A program made the translations under genes and the position numbers. A stretch of 51,855 bases of DNA, filler included, from Dimargaris cristalligena (lineage: Eukaryota), in NCBI GenBank assembly GCA_003614675.1. It is 2 parts of 2 records of this genome, joined end to end, with 100 filler letters (N's around TTAATTAATTAA, not from the genome) between each part and the next. Parts side by side here need not be neighbours in the genome. Positions count along the whole stretch, not along the records: positions 25,996 to 51,855 come from ML002553.1; 1 more part is not named here. The stretch is one strand, 5' to 3'. Within the stretch, counting starts at the first letter, position 1. Each line of letters starts with the position of its first letter. This document shows positions 48,669-51,855 of the stretch, in pieces. Below the pieces are notes generated by a model, which saw only the letters and a list, made by a program, of their open reading frames with translations, was not told the DNA's origin and ran no database searches.

Positions 48669-49292
48669 ATGTTCCGGACTACCGCCGCATTATTGGTTCT
48701 GCTGCTGTCGACACCGTGGACCGCAGGCCGGCCCCATCCCGAATCGTATAGTGGGCAAGCAACCTGGTACAAGCCAGGTCTAGGGGCATGTCAAAATACC
48801 CACGGAGAGGGTGAATTGGTCGCAGCTATTGTAAGTTCTCTGATTATTATATATATATATATATTAAAAAAAAATTCCGAATGGGATCCCTATAATGTAC
48901 ATTTACCACGTTGTGGTGATAGTTATGGTGTAATTGTCGGATTGTTCTTAGGAAAAGGGTTGGGTTTTTTGTCAGATAAAGGGGGAGATGCACGATACTC
49001 ATTGACCTCTTGAGATCCTTAATCATAGTTTTTAAAAGCAATAACGTCGTATATCCAACTACTCGCTTTATCTCCGGTACCTTAGAATCTGCGCCAATGG
49101 AACAAGGACGTGGTGTGCGGAACCTGCGTCCAAATTAAGGGTTTCCTAGGGGGAACAGTCAAAGTAAAAATCGTTGATCTCTGCCCAGAATGCAACCATG
49201 GCAGCCTGGATCTTAGCCCCGCCGCATTTAAGCATATTAGCTTATTAACGGTGGGCCGCCTACCCATTGAATGGACCTGGGCCCCTTGTTAA
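48669..49292 (+). CDS. Secreted expansin-like/loosenin-type RlpA double-psi beta-barrel protein; 2 exons (48669-48830, 49086-49292), about 122 aa
   Basis: Signal peptide MFRTTAALLVLLLSTPWTAG, then YSGQATWYKPGLGAC...LVAAIN...CGTCVQI...VKVKIVDLCPECNHGSLDLSPAAF...GRLPIEW, the typical DPBB motifs. Phase-0 GTAAGT...TAG intron. Confidence 0.93.
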
Positions 49293-50189
49293 TCAACAGG
49301 AGGTGCTGACATGCCCCAACTATATCTCTATCCATCTCTGGGCGACAGCTCACTTATATATACTTTTTTTTTATACTTCGGCCTATACTCCAATATGCCC
49401 GGTTCACTTCTCGCCAACTGTAGAATATCCATTAAAGGGAATTCTTTTATCGATTGAAATCAATGGTCGATTTACATGGTAGGGGGGAGGGGGATGTAAA
49501 ACTTTAGAAACATCATATTTGTGCTAAAATGCATGATTACGGCCAAATGGCCTCTATACGCTCTTTAGCATATCGCTCCATTACCCATGATATATAATAA
49601 ATCTAGTAGGATCACCACAGGGTCCCGCCATCGGGAGCCGATGATGATGTCTGTGGTTTAAATAATTGGCCCGTAAGTCACTACAGCCTTAGCCTCTTAC
49701 AAGCTATGGTAGGGACGCGAGCGCGTAATCTTTTGGTCTGTGGTGAGTGGACGACCTTGCCCTTCGTTTTAATCAAACTGATTGGGGAAGTGCACTAGCC
49801 CTCCCCCACCTTTCACCGGATATGTGCTGCTTGGGTGGACCATATACTTAGATGGGCAAACAGGAGGGACTCTAAATGACTTCATTAACTATCTAATCCA
49901 ATAGGTCTAATACGGGGCTCATTTTACATACTTAGTGCCCACTGTCTCTCACCCCTTTAAATTAAATTTCTCTCTCTGAAGTATTATTTATAGCTCCCAA
50001 TTTTCCTCCACAATACCACACTCCCTATTTTTAGTTACTTATTCCCAGTGACTCCCATTTCGAACTTGACTAGCCTAGTCTAGACGCGTTGTGTAGTATA
50101 ATACAAGTGCACTTGCTTTCTTTTACTGCCCCTATATACTCATTTAACCATTTCACGCCCTAGCACTTCGTGATTTCCTACATTTAACC

Positions 50190-50597
50190 ATGACCCAGTG
50201 CCTCAAGCGCAAGCACGCCGACTCCACCGAGGCGGATAGTCGCAAACGCCTACTTAATGAGCTGGCCTTTTCCGAATTGCCCCATTTCGGAATGCCCATT
50301 GGCACCATGTCGTCCACCCCAGTTGTGGATAATAGTATGGACATCGAGCCGACTGAATTTCCCCCTTATGCCACCGCCACTGTGCCCCAGCAGCACCCAC
50401 TAGGCTATGGCGGGTCAATGGAAGCCGTCGCCCCCTCTGCCATACCCAGTGGTCCTCCCCGCCAACCGACCCCTATGGTCCCCCCTTCTTCCCACCACGG
50501 CTCGTCGATCTGTTGTAGTCATATTCAGTCTACCGGGCGACCCTATAGAACCTGGAGCTCCTGTCTTTTCTCGAATGACTCAGAAGTATACTTTTAA
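50190..50597 (+). CDS. Hypothetical small protein (135 aa) with basic N-terminus and Pro-rich body
   Basis: GC-rich ORF island in AT-rich DNA, good start context (taaccATG), KRK-x10-RKR basic clusters. No family recognised. Confidence 0.6.
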   Translation: MTQCLKRKHADSTEADSRKRLLNELAFSELPHFGMPIGTMSSTPVVDNSMDIEPTEFPPYATATVPQQHPLGYGGSMEAVAPSAIPSGPPRQPTPMVPPSSHHGSSICCSHIQSTGRPYRTWSSCLFSNDSEVYF

Positions 50598-51855
50598 AGC
50601 CAGGGGGGACTACCCTGCGCCAGTCTTACGCAGTAGTAGTACCTTGGCCAACATACCGTTTGCTCGTTTGTAGTAAATGTCCGTGCCTTTTATATTGTAT
50701 AACCCTGTCAATATTTTATAGGTGAATTTTTTCCTGATGTAGTTTTTTGTGTCTTGGTGAGTTATACTAATCTAGTAAATAAACCCAATGTATATAGATA
50801 ACTCTTTGTGTGGTTTGGTTTCGGGCCAGTAGTACTAATGCGCGGGTGATTATGCATAGATTGATAGATTTATATGGAAGAAGTTCAACGAGTCTGTATA
50901 ACTAAAATTCTGTTGGATAAGGCAAATGCTACTAGTTAATAATGAATATCCCGTCTATTCTCCTATACACATACCATGTAAAACCCTATACAGCTGGGCC
51001 GAATTTCGCCCATATTAATTATAGTTGCTTGGGTTAGGCTGGGATGGGCTTGTATGAAAGCAAACTAATGATTGTAATGGTTATTGCTATCACATGGGGA
51101 GATAGGCTTATTTCTAGTATAAATGATAAGTTCAATCCAACTGAAAAATGGGAAAAACTGTGTTAGTTGGAGCTCCATAGGCAACCAACATGCTCTTTCT
51201 ATACCCCCTAATGTTCTTTTGTATTAAAATCGTTGGTGTATAAGTTAGCTACCAAAATAAACAATCCTAACCCCTATAAGGTCTCTGCCCACAAATCGAC
51301 TTTAATACCGCCCTGTTAAATAGATAGCCGTACTACTATTGCCGAGATAAAATGACAGCCAGCGGATAATGGTATATTGTGATGCATTTCTTATGGAGAC
51401 AAATTAAATGAAAAGCAAAAAAGTTATAGCACCAACTATTCCCAAGTGGTCACCCACCTCAGTACTAAATTGGCTGATAACCACTTAACTTCGCAGATCT
51501 AACGGGATACGGTGCAAACGGTTACATATGGCCATAACTGAAAAATGTATAAATATATTAAACTTTATTATTCATGACTATATCACGTGATTAACCAGTA
51601 TTTTAAGCGTATCCTGCACCTTCTAATGGATCGTAGTATTGCTGCTGATGTATGCCTAAACGCCTTCCAGGCTGCTCCGGGTTGCAAAAAAAAAGGGTGA
51701 GGTTTAGCGAGTGCAGTGTGGATGAATATCAATTTGAGAGCTGCTCATAGAATGGGATATAGGATGAAAAACCTTGGACAACTTCGCAAATGTAGAAAAT
51801 ACTAGTTATAAGTCCGTTAGAATTTACGCTGTCGCACTAATACATGTTCCCAATA

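Noticed and set aside
49640..49782. Possible C/D snoRNA (ATGATGA ... CTGA)
   Set aside because: No terminal stem or convincing rRNA-complementary guide; needs snoscan or Infernal.

Overview
Eukaryotic, intron-containing fungal DNA (GT-AG introns with CTAAC/CTGAC-type branch sites, GC-rich exons, AT-rich intergenic DNA). The gene set suggests an early-diverging fungus, possibly Zoopagomycota, but that is inference. The window is two contigs joined by an artificial N44-TTAATTAATTAA-N44 spacer at 25896-25995. Left contig: COG4 (partial, minus) head-to-head with 4-exon EMC4, a secreted GDSL/SGNH hydrolase with large disordered insertions, an RA-PH adaptor, an enlarged RRP5 whose ATG sits on its own exon, and a small secreted cationic amphipathic protein. 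Right contig: an orphan secreted protein, a 3-exon M17 aminopeptidase, mitochondrial aconitase, DPH5, two tandem orphan 7-TM membrane proteins, an expansin/loosenin-like DPBB protein and a small basic orphan ORF. I found no supportable tRNA, rRNA, CRISPR array or intact mobile element. The best leads are the tandem GPCR-like pair, the 11-mer cationic amphipathic secreted peptide, the effector-like GDSL architecture and a 4x repeated FxPGSLL linear motif. All gene models were built by eye; no database searches were run.
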